In this document: piece after piece, positions 13,791-29,800 of the stretch
How positions within the stretch are numbered: position 1 is the first letter of the stretch
Layout of the letters: each line of letters begins with the position of its first letter
From: Balanoglossus misakiensis
Lineage: Eukaryota; Animalia; Hemichordata
Direction of reading: 5' to 3'
Assembly (NCBI GenBank): GCA_040954595.2
Contig: CM082577.2
Span: 5,630,301-5,694,300, forward strand
DNA: 64,000 bases
Made by a program: the position numbers and the translations under genes
Notes under the pieces: generated by a model
Databases searched by the model: none
What the model saw: the letters and a program-made list of their open reading frames with translations, nothing else
What the model was told of the DNA's origin: nothing

Positions 13791-16032
13791 GAATAAATTC
13801 AGAGTGCTGTCTCTGACGCCACAAATTCTACTTTTTTCATCACAATAATTTCCAATAGTCTAAAACAGTTACACAATTTAATTGATTTTTGGTAAACTAT
13901 ATGTTAGCCTACATATGGTATGCAAAAATAGTATTCTGGTTTCTTGTTCCTTGATACAAAGTTTTTAATTTGTCCATATTGCTACTGAATACACATTTAT
14001 TCACCAATGATGAACACAAGTCAGTAAGACGATTGGTTATGTTACTGGGCTTTCTTGGTTTGTGAATAATCATATTCAAAGGTATTGGCCCAGGGAATTC
14101 TCACCAGGGACTATCTGCCGCAGATGGTTCGAGAAGTCCCCAATTGCACACTGACCTTTCTCTGGAATTGACGGATAATTCGCAGATTCAGCCTGAATGA
14201 TGAGTGATTTCACGCCAGATCTCCATGGCCAGTATCAAACATGAAACTCTGAAAGATATATCATCAGTCCAGCAGTTGGAACGTTCTTGATAGCTGGCTC
14301 GTGTGCATGGACCTAAGGACAAAACTGGATGTTTTTGTCCGGTCGCATATCTACTTCGTGTGAACTGATGTTGAGAGTTAGAATCCAGTTTAATTATTGC
14401 AAATTTTGCTATTGTAAAGCAGGAAAAATTTCCCACGACCTTTATATTCATGCTCATTTTGTGTATTTACTTTAAATATGCCTATTTGTGGCTTATATAG
14501 CAGATAAGACACGCGTCGTCGCCGTCTAAGCAAAATGTGTACAAAAGAGCCACTCGCTGAATTGTAAAAATTAATCAACTAATTCAAAATACTATAAAGC
14601 TTAGTGATTGTATGCGTATAGTGAACAGTAACATTCATACAATGATTTGAACTGTTCATGTGACTCTTAAACCTGAAACGATGTTGTTGCTATGGTTGCA
14701 CACTACATGCCCACGCGGTTGCCATAGTATCTCCCTCCTTAGTAATGTCGTTCTGTGTCGGCACTGTAGTTTTGTGTTTTGTTGATCACGCTGTGATCTT
14801 ACAAATCATCTGCTGGGGCATTACCGAGCAATCGCTTTAGATGAAGGCAGATTTCCTCAAATATTCACATGTAGTCGAGGAAGACACAGCACAACAGTCT
14901 CATGAATGGCGTGGATTTTGTCAATATGGACTGAACTTTAAGTCCTAAGCTAGTACACGCCTCGGGACAGAGTTTTCAGAAAAGATGATAGTCCTCCAAA
15001 CCTTTCAATTCTTTGCTACATCAAAGTGTGTGGGGAGTCTTTTTGAGGGTGATCACCGTCTTGTTTGATGGATTAGCATATGCCCTCACATAACCGCCGA
15101 TGTTCATATCATGAAACTGGCAAGTCTCGGGTGAAGGAATAGAAAGAGTTAAGTAGATGTTTTATTTATTCTAAGCGAAGAGGCATTAAATATTAATCTT
15201 TCACACAGTAATCTTTAAAAGATGCCAGCTGTACAACAAACACAAATGTTAGTTTAATAATTATATACATGACCTTTATTTCAAACAGTACATCTGTATC
15301 ACCTCAACGTTATATATAGCATGTTATCTCCATACCCGTCACCGCTGTTGACGGGTTATTGGTGATATTTACATATTAACTAAGTTGGGGGTCAGGGCTT
15401 TAGATCTTTTTAGGTTTATACCTACAAACCAGAGAAATCGTACCATTGCCGTTATATTAATCGTGATTGTTCATATGTGGTGGTTTATGTGCATGGCTAG
15501 CGAAAAATCAGATGCAAAACACCTTACCTTCTATGGATTATTTTTTAATCCGAAATAAACATTAATAATAATAATAAAAGCAAAAATAACTTCATAATAT
15601 GACAGCTTTGGTTGATATGAGCAGGACGTGAATGATTGTGTGACTTTTAAATACACCCACGCGTTACGCCGTTAGTTGGTGCAGCACACGGCGATTGAAA
15701 TAATTGATTCATACATCGCCGCGCACATGTGTCGTGTGGTTTCATACTTGTCATGTGTTACCCGATCCATGATCGATCTGTGTAAAAGTGTTCATCGGGA
15801 ACAAACTGAGTTGTTACATTGTTGTCGTCCCTTTAATAAATCGGTGGAAATCCATGCGGAGGGAGGAGAAATGGCTGGAACCCAGTCGTCGTTAGGTTGC
15901 CCGAACAGAACTTGCGCAGAAGCCAAAGTCAGACAATGTAACTTTTGGGTAGCAAAGACTGTACCAGTCTACAGTTCCCCAAAACGTCACACCCCACAGA
16001 ATACTTTCATTGTGCAATATTAAAGAGAAAGA

Positions 16033-16036
<4 letters not shown>

Positions 16037-16083
<47 letters not shown>

Positions 16084-16120
16084 GGGAGGGAGGGAGGGAG
16101 GGAGGGAGAGAGAGAGAGAG
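16037..16120. repeat. Compound (GA)n/(GGGA)n microsatellite
   Basis: Directly visible. Confidence 0.95.
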
Positions 16121-19100
16121 CTAAAATTGTCTGAAATTTGATATCCGACAAAATGGCCGCAAATCACTGTGGTAACTCTATGGAGATCAATTAAAGAGTT
16201 ATTTTCATTATTCTGAAAATATGTACCGAGGTGCGTACTACCGTTGAATAAAGCGGTGTCATAACAAACTAACGTCATTCTCAAATTTGGAAAGTACGTC
16301 ATCGCAAATGTTTACCGAACATATTATTACTCTGTTTTTTTTTTACCATGACTCATCATTGTCCGTAATGGAAAATGATCCAATAGGGTGAAGGTCAACA
16401 GACTTTCATAGCAGATATGACCCTAATCGAAGTTCACTGAGTTGAGGGCTGCGACAGTATTTGGCATGATATCAGTTTGGTGTTTGCTACCAGCTGGTAT
16501 TATATTGTCCGGCCCAAATTAATATCATAATATTTTCAAACATTCTCTCAGAATCCAAAATCCACAATAACAGCAGGTTTGTTATGGACGCATATTGTAT
16601 CCGATTGAGAGAGGGGGACAGAGAGGGAGAGAGAAAGGGAGGGGAGGAGAGAGCGGGAGTTTTCATCGTGGTCTCCCCCGTGTATGCAAAACTCTATGCC
16701 AATCATTCGTTCGAAACTAACGCATGCCTTGCTGCATGCAGTTGATGAGAGTCTGTCGAATCAGACTTAGAAATGTGACTAAATATAGTGACCAAAAGTG
16801 TGCAATATTGCAGTTAAAACTTGAAAACTGTGTGTACGTGCCTCGGCGAAAAGAAAAACCTTGGGAAGGAGAGGGGGTCCTGGATGTATTCCATGAAATT
16901 GTCTGTTGGATATTTAGGCTAAGTGCCATTGGACGTGATCCAGGTCCGTCTTAAGCGCGGTGTACGCCATTTTCGGTGACGATTACCCCGGGAAATTGAC
17001 CGGGAATCGATTTAGAAACGAAACATCGGAACGCGATTAGGGAAGTTCCGAGCCGTCAATCTGATCCGGTCAATTTCTTTACGTGCCTTCTTTGTCGGCA
17101 CGTTTCACAATGATGAGGGTTGTTGGGGTTCGTCTCTCCGTGAGAGTTTGTCAGTAAGAGTTGCAAAAGTTGTCGTATCGGCTACCCGTTTGTGTAACGA
17201 ACAACTCTTCATAACTGTGTGATGGTCTCCTGACAACCTACACAGTAAATATGGCTCGTTATGCCTGACGATCTTTGAAGACCAATTATTTTTGAAAGTA
17301 ACAAATTATTAGAGATAAACGTATTATATGAAAGCAAAACAAGAATTATGCTGTCATGTTTTTTTGGAATATATGCTTTTTAAAACCATCACAGACAGTT
17401 GAAATGATCTCTGCAAACGATCATTCTTGCTCTTGTGGGAGCTGCCTCGTCAATGACAGTTTTGAAGGTTGTTTTGCATGTGCTCACGTGCGCCAACGAC
17501 AGTGTACACGCAGCGAATTGAAATCTAAAGGGTATTTTTCAATACCACATCTTAGACTGAAATCTGCAGTGCAAATCTCAGGCGTTTAAGTCGTCCGTTC
17601 CTTCCCATAACGTTCCCGAACACTGCAATCATTCAAGATAATTATATATCATGAGCGAAAAAAAGGTCAGCGAGATTTGTTGGCTTTGACTGTTGTCAGA
17701 TGCACTTATGCTCTCGAAAAAAATCATGTTTTAACGCGGTTGCTATTTAAGGTATGATGCTGAGCAAGCCCTTTTGTAGCATTGCTTTAGGATTAACAGA
17801 TTCCTTTCTGCATTTTTAAAGAAATCTACTTATGTGACATGTTAACAAGCGCAAGATTACGTTTGTAATGTATTTTCCACGCGCTTTGATCTCGCTATGA
17901 GTAATTTGTGTACACATTCTTACGTGTCCGAGGTTGTAGGGTAAAAAACCGTTTAACATTCTCCAGACAGAGGTTTGTCACAATTGTAGTAGGTGACGCG
18001 CTCTGGCGGCTAATAGTTTGGAGATAACTGTTCAGCTGGGAAATAAGATCAGATCTTCATGCATCATTTCAAATATGTCAGACTGCAACGGTCTCAAATA
18101 ATTGTGTTGAATATAATATGCCCACTGGCAACCTGTTCCCCCCTTGTAATGTGCAATCGATTAGTCCAGAATGTTTCAGATTTCGTACTGTTTCCCTCGA
18201 TATTGATATTTAATGCCTTCTGACCTGAAACTCGACTTCTGCGGCTCTTCACAAATCACCTCTCTCCCGGCAAAGTGTTTGATGTAGTGGCGCTGGCACC
18301 TGAGCTTGACAAGGTGTCTGGCGGAACGTTCCGTGGATATCAATGTTTGCTCAGAATTGACGTCATGTTTATTTTATTTACACGCGAGGTGTCTTCTCCT
18401 GGCAATCTCTGCCGCGTTTGACTTTTCAAAACATCAACTTTAATATTGCTCGTGGCAAAGCGTGCAGCGCACGTCAATTGGAAGTATGGCGTCTGTCAGT
18501 TAGGTTGCAATTGACTCACCTGTGGAATGGAATGGAATGAAAGTCGTTTCGAAATGTTAACGTTCTGAAAATGTTTAATCTCAGAGACCAGACGTTTGCC
18601 CGCGGTGACATTACAATCATGATATCTCACTGCCCTTTCTGTGATGGCCTACGTTTATTCTCGGGCAATGGAACGATCGACTACATCGCCATCTGTTGAT
18701 ATTTTTTTCGATTTCGGACCGTACAAATCTGTCAAACTAATCCGGCCTGCAACAGGCCTTTTCTGTCTTATAAACCCCTGACGAGTAAGTCCACTGATCT
18801 GTGCTATTTTGGCCTGTGTAAAAAATATCGTGATTTATTTATTCTCACAGAGTCCGATGGTTTTATTGAACTATGATATGCTGTCTGTAATCAACGCTTA
18901 TTTCAGCACCGTGCAGCACTGCTAATCATTCTAATCATCTCAAAAATGAGTTGCCCGCCTTTTGTCGTCCGTCCATTTCCGGCGATTTACACTCGAAGAC
19001 CGAACTTCTTTTAAACTGGTTGGTTCAGGCTGCAATGGGGATTCATGATAGGATTTCTTTGGCCACAGTGGCTACGTCCAGTAAAATTTGATTAGGTCAA

Positions 19101-20680
19101 GATATTGCGCCAGCCAGGTTGATGACTAACCATGCCTAACTAATTTGTAAAAATCTTTCATAAACTTAATCGCGATTTTGAAAAAAATAGTCCGCGTTTT
19201 GAAAATCCGAACCACGGTTTCCTGACAATATACACGTTTCATACTCACCTCAGAAAAATGAATAAAAATCCTCCATTTTGCTAAAACACTGCATGGTTTC
19301 CGATTGAAGTTCGTGCATGGACAATTATTGGTAACACCCTTTCAAACAGTGTCTGTGATATTTTCTCTGGCTTTTCAATCGACTTTTATGACGTTGTTAC
19401 TTTTAACGCCTCCAATAGCGCATAAGAAAAAAAATTAAAAGCGCATAAAGAAATCCGAACTTGTTATTAAAGACTCCGCTGACTGATTGGTTTATTTGTA
19501 ATCACTTTCTCACGGGAACCCACGGAAAACATACTCCACTTGAAATTTGGTTCGAGCTGTTGTATGACACTGAGCGTTTGGAGAGATAGATTCTCATCGG
19601 CTTTGTCGTATTTGTATTAAGATTAAGATCACAGTAGCGCCCGTACATCCAAATCACACACAAATATTCACAGACTTTCGCGTCAGCAGCAGAGTACGAG
19701 GAAGTCGCGTATAAAAATGTTAACAGCTGAGCTTAGTTTGGTTCTTTAACCATCACATTTTTCATATTTGGAGATGTGGTCGAACGAGTTTGTGAGCTGA
19801 CGGATTTTGCTTCGCACGCTACTTTTAGATTTTGCACTACATTTAATTTGTTTTGCAAGTGAAATCGGCATTTAATTTTGCCTTCGATCATCACTTTATG
19901 TTGCCTTAAAGTTTATGATTTCAGATTATAGTTATGATTGGTTTCACACTAATGTTATAAGCGAGCTCTGCATTTTCTTTTAAGATCATCACTCAAAGTT
20001 TATTGTTATATTTATAAGTTATAATTGAATAATGTATTTAAAGTTGGGTATTATTTCACATAATCACATACCAACTATTTGGTATAACAGTAATTCTGAT
20101 ATCATTTTGTCTTATTTTGTGTCCTTTTACACAACGCTGTCCGTGACCACATACCATTTTTGCATTGTACATCCGCTTCATTGGTAAATCGTGTGACAAA
20201 TACATCAGTTTAATCTTTCGTGAAAGACGTCTACCCAATGACGCTTCGTTCTGTTGACTTTTTGGGTTGTGCGGACAGTGCTGTATTCTTTTGTATTTAT
20301 AATGACAACGACCACTGAAATGGCATGACTAAACTATTGGATGGAATGACATTTAATCACGGTGTTTTCACATCTTAAGTGAAGTAAATGCCTGGTCGGG
20401 CATGGCAATTAAATAAACCCTACCGGAACAGGTTGTTGCTGAGGAACACAAGGTCGGCAGCAGCACAAAGCAATTTGGGATTAAATTAGCTTAATGATGC
20501 AGCATGCACCAATGGATGGATAAATTGAGTAAAAAAATCATCGAGTGTGGAGAATTGGAAAAGGGACCGTTGGGGCAGACAGGAAACAAGAGACGAATTC
20601 GAAGGCAGCTGAATGTGAATAATGACCTTTTCTCTCACAAAACTCGTTCACAAACGTAGAGCTGCGCATTCATCTTAGGC

Positions 20681-20820
<140 letters not shown>

Positions 20821-23800
20821 GGAGAGCATTATTTCTTTTCACACCTCATGCACAAAAGGTCGATACGGATGGTCGCCCCGGAAAATCTGTGTCGCTAATC
20901 ACCACAAGACATCAAGAGTTGCACTGCCTCATCAATAATGGCGCCTATACAATGTAATTTCATTAGAGTGGCCATGTTCACCGTACATTACCATGTGGTT
21001 ATCATTTAACATCTGCATTGGAGATTCGAGCGCGTATAGTATATGCCATGTTCTCGTTTTATTCATTTGAACCCAGAAAAAAATGCATTTATCGATTTGA
21101 TTTTCTGCTCAGCTTAACAGGCATTGGAGGGTTCCCGAGACGATCACCTGTCCTTGTGGTTTAGTTGTTACGAAACACTTTGATTTCTACGTGTCAGTGC
21201 AAGATATGCCATATGTGTAAATGTTGCTACTGGCCTTGGCGAATGCCCGTCCGCTTCAACGGGGAATTTATTCCGCAGAGTAAGGTCTGAAGTCACAATC
21301 CTCGGCAAGCTTACTCCTACCCTTGGTGAAGCTCATTCTGCTTTAAAGGCGCACCTTGTTTATTAGCAAACTTATTACTAACTTGACTCTTGACTTGACT
21401 CCACAGTTACAATCTGTAATGACATAGAATCGCCATTTGCTTCAGAAAGTGTGTAAGCTTATACATGTACCAAGTCATCCAGTGTTCACCCTGACATTTC
21501 AAAAAAATATCAACCGTCTTGGTGAGAAGAATATGAGACAACACTAAAATCACCCAGTAAAGCGTTAAATCTGTAAGTTAATCCAACGGGCATTTCTCGT
21601 GCCCCCAGGGCTGGTGAACCTTATTTCTGGTATCACCTTAGATTTCCATGTGTTCCTGCTGACGGCAGGTAGCTCGCTGCATACGCATGAAGTCCTTGAA
21701 CAGTGTTGAATTTTCATGTTTTATGGAGACGTGTGGGATGTAGATAAATAAACCAGGCATGCTTTATGCACGTGTCCGTCGATTAGGTGCCCCGGGCATG
21801 ATCGGGTTGAGCTCAGAAGTGAAACGCAAAAATGGTTGCGGGATCAAGCTTGTGTTTCTCTGAGTGACACTCGTTTTTTTAAAGAAAATGAACACCGTCT
21901 TATTTGCTAGAAACGTTGCACCAGTCTGCTCTTTTATTGCGCAATATAGACGGTTAAAAATTAATGCCACAGACGCTTGTGAAAATCAGAGGTAAAGATC
22001 AAAAGGGCCGCGCGGATGAACGTTTGTGCCAAAACACGAAGACGGTTTAGGCCCAGTACGGCGAGGATTAGGAGGGCTATCACGTGATCATAACCGTGAT
22101 TTGCACCTGGCGGGATTAGTGGGGTTCGACATTTGCCTGTGTAGGACTCATTGACGCACATCGTAGACGTACATTACCGTTTTTTAATCTTAAGAGGTCA
22201 GGCAGGTATATACGTTGATTTCTCCGAATGCCTCCAGAGTGTGTGCTTCTACTGTCACCGGTGATAGTTAACTCGCCGGTGACGTCATGGTAATGAATAG
22301 ACAAATGTACCTCGCCACCTCGAAGGATTCCGTATGCAGACTGCGTCGGCCAGGTCCCGAAGGACAAAGAAAATAAAAGAAGCTTTGCCACGGGCAAGTG
22401 GCACATGTATCACTGCAAAAACAACACGTGTATAACACTGCGTGTTTCGCCTTTTGCAATCGTGTTGGTACACGTGCAGAGCAAGGGTTATAGCTTTTAA
22501 CGGACAGTCAGTCATGTGCGTGCATTTGTGAACACGCATGCAATGTTATGTTGATGTGTTGATTTGCACAGTGTGTGTTCACGTGACCCAGGGGATAACT
22601 GTACTAACGCGCGCGTAGGCGCATTTTTTGCAAACAACTCCGATATAGTTGTCAGTTTGTTGTTTTCTCCAATGTCGTGGTGTAGTGCCTTTCTCGTCGA
22701 TGTTGTATTTTTCTTCTTCAATCGGCACCTCCAGCACTTCCGTTGGAGCTCGCAGCTGAGCAACCGTCAACAAAGACACGTCATACACTCGTTGATCCGG
22801 TTTAGTTTGAATTATATAGAATACCGTTCTCATAAATATTCACTTGAGAACGTTAGAGGAAATCACGACCCTGCGGTATTATACGAACGTTCGGTTTTTT
22901 TTCATCATAATGGAAATGTGGGCCGCTTCGACTTTTGCACTCCGGGTTAGGTTATAGAGGGTATAATCCATCTGGCCCGGGACACAATTCCTTTCAATGC
23001 GTTACAAAATGAAGTGCGTGAGACGGGAGTACTCACGAAAAAAACACCTCGCGGGCGATGTGATCTCTAATACTTTGTCCTGTGACATTCAAACAAACAA
23101 AAAAGTTAAAAAGATCACTTCTGTTGATGCCATACTGCCAAGAATCATCCGATTTGGCCCACAGACATCCTCTTTGCTTTGGCAGATTTTATTGCCATCA
23201 TGCTTACAGTAACTGAGATAGACACCATGTTGACACCAGTCAAGAACTTTATTACACTGCACTTGTAACATTCATGGATTGGTAACCTTCCCATTGCATT
23301 CCTGTTCCGTTAATTCAACATGTCAGAGTGGAGTAACCGGAAAACTTATGGTGATCGTCTTTTTCCACGTACCGCTACGTCGAACAGAACGCCATCCAAT
23401 GACCCAATCTTGATAGTTTTGAGAAATACACGAGGGCTCATCTGTATACGAACAACTCTGTTCAGGCTCTGTAAAGCGCCATGATTGAACATTACTACAC
23501 AGTGGAGTTTTGCGCTATGTCAATCCATTTGATTGATTAAACTGATGGTTTTTTTTCTCATTCATTCCCCGTGGTCATCAAGGTAGTCTATTGAAGTTAA
23601 GTCTCCGAAAAAAAACTCTGGCAAACCTTGAAAAGGGTGCGGAATTCTGACTTCATTTCTGACGGCGATGAACTCTTGTTGAAGAGTGTTTATTCTAAAA
23701 GGGTTTTCAAAGTTGTTGACCGACGCCTTTCTCACGATCAACTGCACTTTCGTCAGCTGTGTGTTTGCAGACTCTGCACAAATCGACAGCAGGCATTCAC

Positions 23801-26800
23801 AGGCTCTGCGAGTCAAAGCGACATCAGGAAATCGAGAGTGACTCCCTTCGAACACAGCTTTGTAACGTGTAATATTCCATAATTGCTCTTTCCGTGACGA
23901 GTGTCTATCAATATGCTTCCGTCCAATTTAACAACATGATCTTGATATGACAAGTGCGCGCGGCATATTTGAGAACCTTTACCTTACCAGAAAAATGTAG
24001 GCAGGATTTTTCAATATCAGTGGTCAGCTTATCAGCATTAAAGGGAGAATCATTTCACTTCTGTGGTGGATGGAGTTTTTTTTAGAGAAAAAACAATCGT
24101 TGGCAGATGGTGCAGATGAAATAAGCACTATGGACAGGCTCAGTCTATATAAACCAGAACCAATTCCGGACCGCGGTTACACACAACTTCCATCTCGTTT
24201 GTAGGATATGAGAGTAAAATCTCTCCAAAATGAATAAACGGTAGGGACCAATTATTCATTTCGGCAAGTTTTATTACAGAATGTCTGCAAAACTCACGCA
24301 AGACGCAAAACCACAAAATTGAAATGGATATGTGCTGGCGGCCAGCAATTTAACCAGGAAACTTTTAGTGTTCTCTCTATTTACTGGATATGGATTCAAC
24401 TGGACATATTTGCAACTAGATTTCCTTCAGGGTGAGCACAATTAATCAGACCTCGAAATGGAAAATGCTTTACGCCGCACGACTTTGCACAGTCATTTGC
24501 GAGATTTCAACCAGAATGGCGTTTTTTTTGAAAGCCAATCGAGAAAAACAAAGTTTTCATTTGTTATAGAAAGCTTTTACTCATTACACCAATACCTTAT
24601 CTAGGTCATTTATAGCAGAAAATGGGTCTTTCAGAATACTCGTTCAAACCTATTTAGCAGACATTGTTATGTTATTATCTTCTCTTTTAAACGTTCTTTT
24701 ACGACAGAAGGCTATAATTGCCACGTGGTTTAGCAGGGTAAATGCAAAGAAAATAGTAAAAGAGAAAGCGTAAAGCTGTTTTGTGTTATTTAACGCGTCA
24801 CCTTGTTGCCATAGTGACGCGTACGTCACGTAATGTTTTTCCCGGGAAAGAATGAATTTCTTTTCGTGTTCACAACCACATGTAAGTGATTTCTCTGTGT
24901 TAAGTTTCGGCTGACTTTATCCACCTAATAAATGCACTTCAAACACACTATGAAATTTGACTCGCAAGGGATAGGTATCTGTCAGGTTTCATAGTCTGCC
25001 GGTGTAAGCTTATTTCTTGGAGATCAAATGTTTTTTCACCGACTTTCCAATTGATCATAAGCCTCATGACGAGAACTGTGCATATTTTGACCGCCGAACG
25101 GGTCGGAACTTTAACGTGAAGTGTACGTTTATAATTATTTAACAGACGACCTGGCGGCTGATATAATTCCGCTGCGATATTTGACATGTTGTCGACGACG
25201 CGACCAAAGTGGGAAGATCATCAAGTCCCCGACAATTCCCCCAGCAACATTGTTTGAGCTTACTCACTCACTCCAAGTTACAAAACACTGATTAGCTAAG
25301 ATGAGATATGACGAAAATTAGATACATCAGAAACGGCGAGTGTGCACCGTAAACGCTGATCAAAGCTTATTGTTGTTTGAATCATTGAGTGGATGGTGCA
25401 AAGCGAAATAGACGGCTATTTTGCTTGCGCTGGCCTCGCGTCATCTGTAAAACAGCAATGTAAAAAAGAACTAAATGTAAAGTGGAAAAGGAAACGAGAT
25501 AACGAGGCCGAGGGCGAATTTGTGCGATTGGACTTGGAGCAGTACAAAAACTAAATTGCAAATAACATGGTGGAATTTTTGAAGGAGAATATCTAATAAG
25601 CTGCTACTAAAACTGACGCCAAATCAAACAGAAAGATACCTGTCTAACTGATCACATTATCCGTCATAGCAGACATTCTGAGACGACAGGCCAAATAAGA
25701 AGACTCCCTGATAAGTAGGTTCATTTTAATCAAAAAATGAAAAACGCGTAAATTCGCCATCATGCTACTTGCAACTTATTTTACCCAAGCACCGCGATGA
25801 CAAATGTTGAATTATGTTGTACATGTATCATGGTACCATCCCCCATTCTGGTTGGGCGAGAGCTCAACCCAGCAGCGATGTTAAAATACAAATACATGTA
25901 TTGCACTGCTGACTTTTTGACACGCCGTTTCGTTAAGAAAATGACACTGATACGCCACGAGATATCATGTATACCCGCCTGCGGCGGGCTTATTGCTTAA
26001 ATTTATCATAATGTAAAAGTTAATAAGGGATAAACTGGTAATCCATGTAAATGTTAATACCGTATCGGTATATGAGTGAGATGTGATCACAGTTCGCGCA
26101 CAAAACACCGGGGAGGAGGGGGGCCAGCAGCATTTTAAAAGACACACGTGGGACTTTTTCTAACCAGTAATATGTACACTGCAAGCAATAATGTCTCCAA
26201 AAAGCAATTAAGATCTTTATGAGTGCATTTGTACAATTTAATTGTTATCGCAAGCGCACGTGTCCTGTATACATGTAGGTTGTCTTGTCTGGGGCGGGTT
26301 CTGGATTAGATATATTCCATCTGTTCGTCCATCATCGGGAATCAGGATGCACTATTCTGACATGTCTAAATGTTTTCAATCTTGCCACTAGGGCTAATGA
26401 GTTTGTATATGTTTATACATCTATAACTCTATACCTCCATGTCCTTGCTGCAGGTATCGTGCATAGACACTTACATCTTTTCACCCAGCGGGGACTATGG
26501 CATTGACATTGACACTGACTTGTATCGTAATCCTTCCTTTTAATATCTCATTTCTTTATATTTCGGGAATGCACCGTGAGCGGCCAAGAACACCTGGATA
26601 TGCCTGAGCTGTTCACACAGCACGATGTCTAACACTTACACCTTACACGTTACAATAAACCGTTCATTACTTTTACTGACCTCGTGAATGTTTTATTGTT
26701 TTTGATGCTTGCTAATGGCGACCGTTGTATCGCCTGGCTCCATGTGCATTTACCTAATATTCTCAAGGGGAATTTCACTAATCTAAAATTTCATGACCCT

Positions 26801-29800
26801 CAGCTTCTCCTGATTGATTGTTTTTGTTTTGTCAGCACGGCACCAGTTTGACCTGCCTTGACTGATTGAAACTCAATTCACCACATACAGAAGTGGAAAA
26901 CAAAAACCTAGACACGCAGCAGCGTACGATAACCTATGCAAATTTAGCCCCAGTAACCATGGAATTTTTAGACCTATAGTAGGCGAGCATTCGTTTAAGG
27001 AACGGTGTGCGGTATTACTTAAGATTGTAAGATGTGGAAAAGCCCCTTTGAAATGAAGTAATCACATGCCACTATTATCTAGTGAGCAACTGCTATAATC
27101 ACAGCTGCGAACACTAAAATTTTACTAAAAGAATCACGTAACGGTTAAGTGTACAAACCATGTCAGAACACCAGGTTTTTGCGCCTGCAGGATTACCCGC
27201 TCAAATATCACATTTGTATCGAGCGATTGTCTTACCTATTAATAGTGTGTCGCAGATATTGGTCTGCGGGTCTCAATTAGTTTTTATGGTGTGGAATGTA
27301 CCTTCCAGTAAATGGAATCTACGCCAAAACATATCGAGGTTGATAGCTCAAAAAAACAAAAGATAGAAAGACGTGAAAAATTAAGTACATACACCGTCGC
27401 ACGCGTTTCAAAGGCGTTAGTGGCGAATAAATCAACCGAAAACATGGCAGATTTTCCACGGATGCGCGAAAATATGGTCCATTATGAAATAATTCGAAAT
27501 TCTCGGTCACGTGATTCTTATGTGTACAATGATTAATGAAATATTCACTTTTCCAACAATTTCTAGTTTAGTAATGGCAGAAACCACTTTGATGTTCTCT
27601 ATTACGGAACGTTAACGAAAATGAGCTAAGAGTGTGTTCACAGACAGTGGGTTCTGTAGTGTTTTTTTCTCTCCGGAAGTTACACCACCGTACGTGTACA
27701 ATACAGTCACGTACCATCACAACTGTTTCAGGTATATGAGCTCACAGGGCCCTGAATTCTCACTTAAAGGAGTTTCACTGGAGTGTTTATTGAACACAGG
27801 TATACATAGAGGAACAGACATCAGGGCCCACTTCCTGTAGTCTGCATCCGGTTTACTTGCTGCGCATGTGGACTACAAATCAGACATTCTTCATTGCGTG
27901 TTTGGTCCGTGCATCAACTCCCGCGACCCCTTTCAACCTGGCCTCTATGTGTGTGATATGACCATTTATATTGCTGACAAGCGAGTTTTAATACCATTGC
28001 CAGCAACAATAAAGACCGTCTTTGCATATAAAGCGAACGTGTTGATAAGCTGGTTTTAGCTTGTAGAAAAAGAGAAAGTGGTCACAGAACAAAACTATCA
28101 AAAATAGTATATTACAGCTGCTGTCCCATAAAATGAATTTGAATATTTGGTGACTTTCCATCTTTTAAAGGAAATGTTGGAAGCATCTGGGTGTCACGTT
28201 CAATGTATTTTGAAAAGAACGTTCGGAGAGCGATTCACGTTATAGTGCACGACTGAACTTTATTTGACAAAATGTCCAAAAACTATATATTTCAAACTCC
28301 CACTGTGTCATGAGATAATTTATGTGAGTGTTATTGCTTTCGAGTACAAATGTAGAATATTAGCTTCTGTCAAGCTAGAACCAGAGTTTGAAATGGCCAC
28401 AGTTTACATTTCCAATTTCTGAAAATATGTTGTCTCCTAGCACGAGATGAAACAAAACAATTTGGATTCTCACTCAGTCCGCAGGGCTTTCGAAGTGAAC
28501 CATTACTACCCCTTAAGGTGCTGTCCGCTACTTGTTAACGCAGGCTATTAAGGCTGCGCTCGCATCATGCGTCAAATTTGCCCTTGTCGATGGACAAATC
28601 TTTAAATAGAACTTTATCTCAACCAGTCTCTCTTCGCTCTTCAAATGCACACACGATAATTCCAGTTCTAGAATCCCAGATAACAAAATACGTCATGTCC
28701 TCGTAACATCCGGCCAATCTCACCAAAGAAACCAACAACATTGATCAAATCTAACTGTTTATTTGGATTATTAAAAAAAATTATATGAATATGGCGACCA
28801 CAGCACTGATCTCAATTCAATACGTCGTGCTCTAGTCTAAAGGCATTCTTATCATATCATACGCAATAAATATCACGCGCGCACGCGAAAACGTCAACAC
28901 TGTTCGCCAGCCGCTGTGAATGTTGATATTGTCATTCCGAACAAACAGCGTGAATGACGACAAAGAAAAGAAATCACACGTGTTCCAGGATTTATTTTCG
29001 GAAACTGAAAAGCTCACACTTAATGGAGTTCTGTAGGAATGTTTACCGGTATTGGCTTCGTATACACTGGTGAAAATGAGAGTTTTTCTTTCTATTGAAT
29101 TTGGTGATAAAAATCAAATCACGCATCCTGTGGGTTTTTTTTATGCATACAATGTCATGCCGATTTGCTCACGTCAAAACATGGTGCTTGTGGTCACGCG
29201 GTTGAACAGATATACACATGATGACGTCGTGATGTTTCGAGCAGCGGCTCTCAATTTGAGGAAGGGAAGTCTGAGACTGTTCAATAATGCATTTAGGTAT
29301 AACGAAGTGGAAACGGTTTCGATTAAGCCAGACAGCCACTCCGAATAACGTTACTCCGCGGCAAGAAGTGCTTTTTAATAGCTCTCTAGTTATCGGGCAC
29401 CTTTTGTTTGTGCCCGTTGTTATGGTTACGTACGTTTGTTTCTATTTTATTACGGGTGAAACAAAGTCGATTGAGACACACGCAGTATTCGCTGGAACAG
29501 TCTCGATATTAAAATGTGATTTGGAAGAGAATGAAATCAACACTAGTAGCCTTGCTCTGACACACGGCAAGGCACTATGCAATCTCGTGTGATAAGACTT
29601 TTTATCAGGAAAGGCTTTTCGTTTGTGGCAGAGATCGTACATTTTGACTGTTTTCACCACTTACGGAAGATCAGATGAGGATTTAAGTGCTAGAAACACT
29701 GCTTCTCTCCTAAGTAAAGAAGTGATCGATTATTCATAATTTCCTCGAGTCGGCCATCTTTGCCCGGAGATTTGTATTTCCCCAGACCCTCTTTCTGGAG

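Noticed and set aside
15892-16302. 136-aa ORF with a poly-SL tract (likewise 20635-20829)
   Set aside because: Translation of GA microsatellites.
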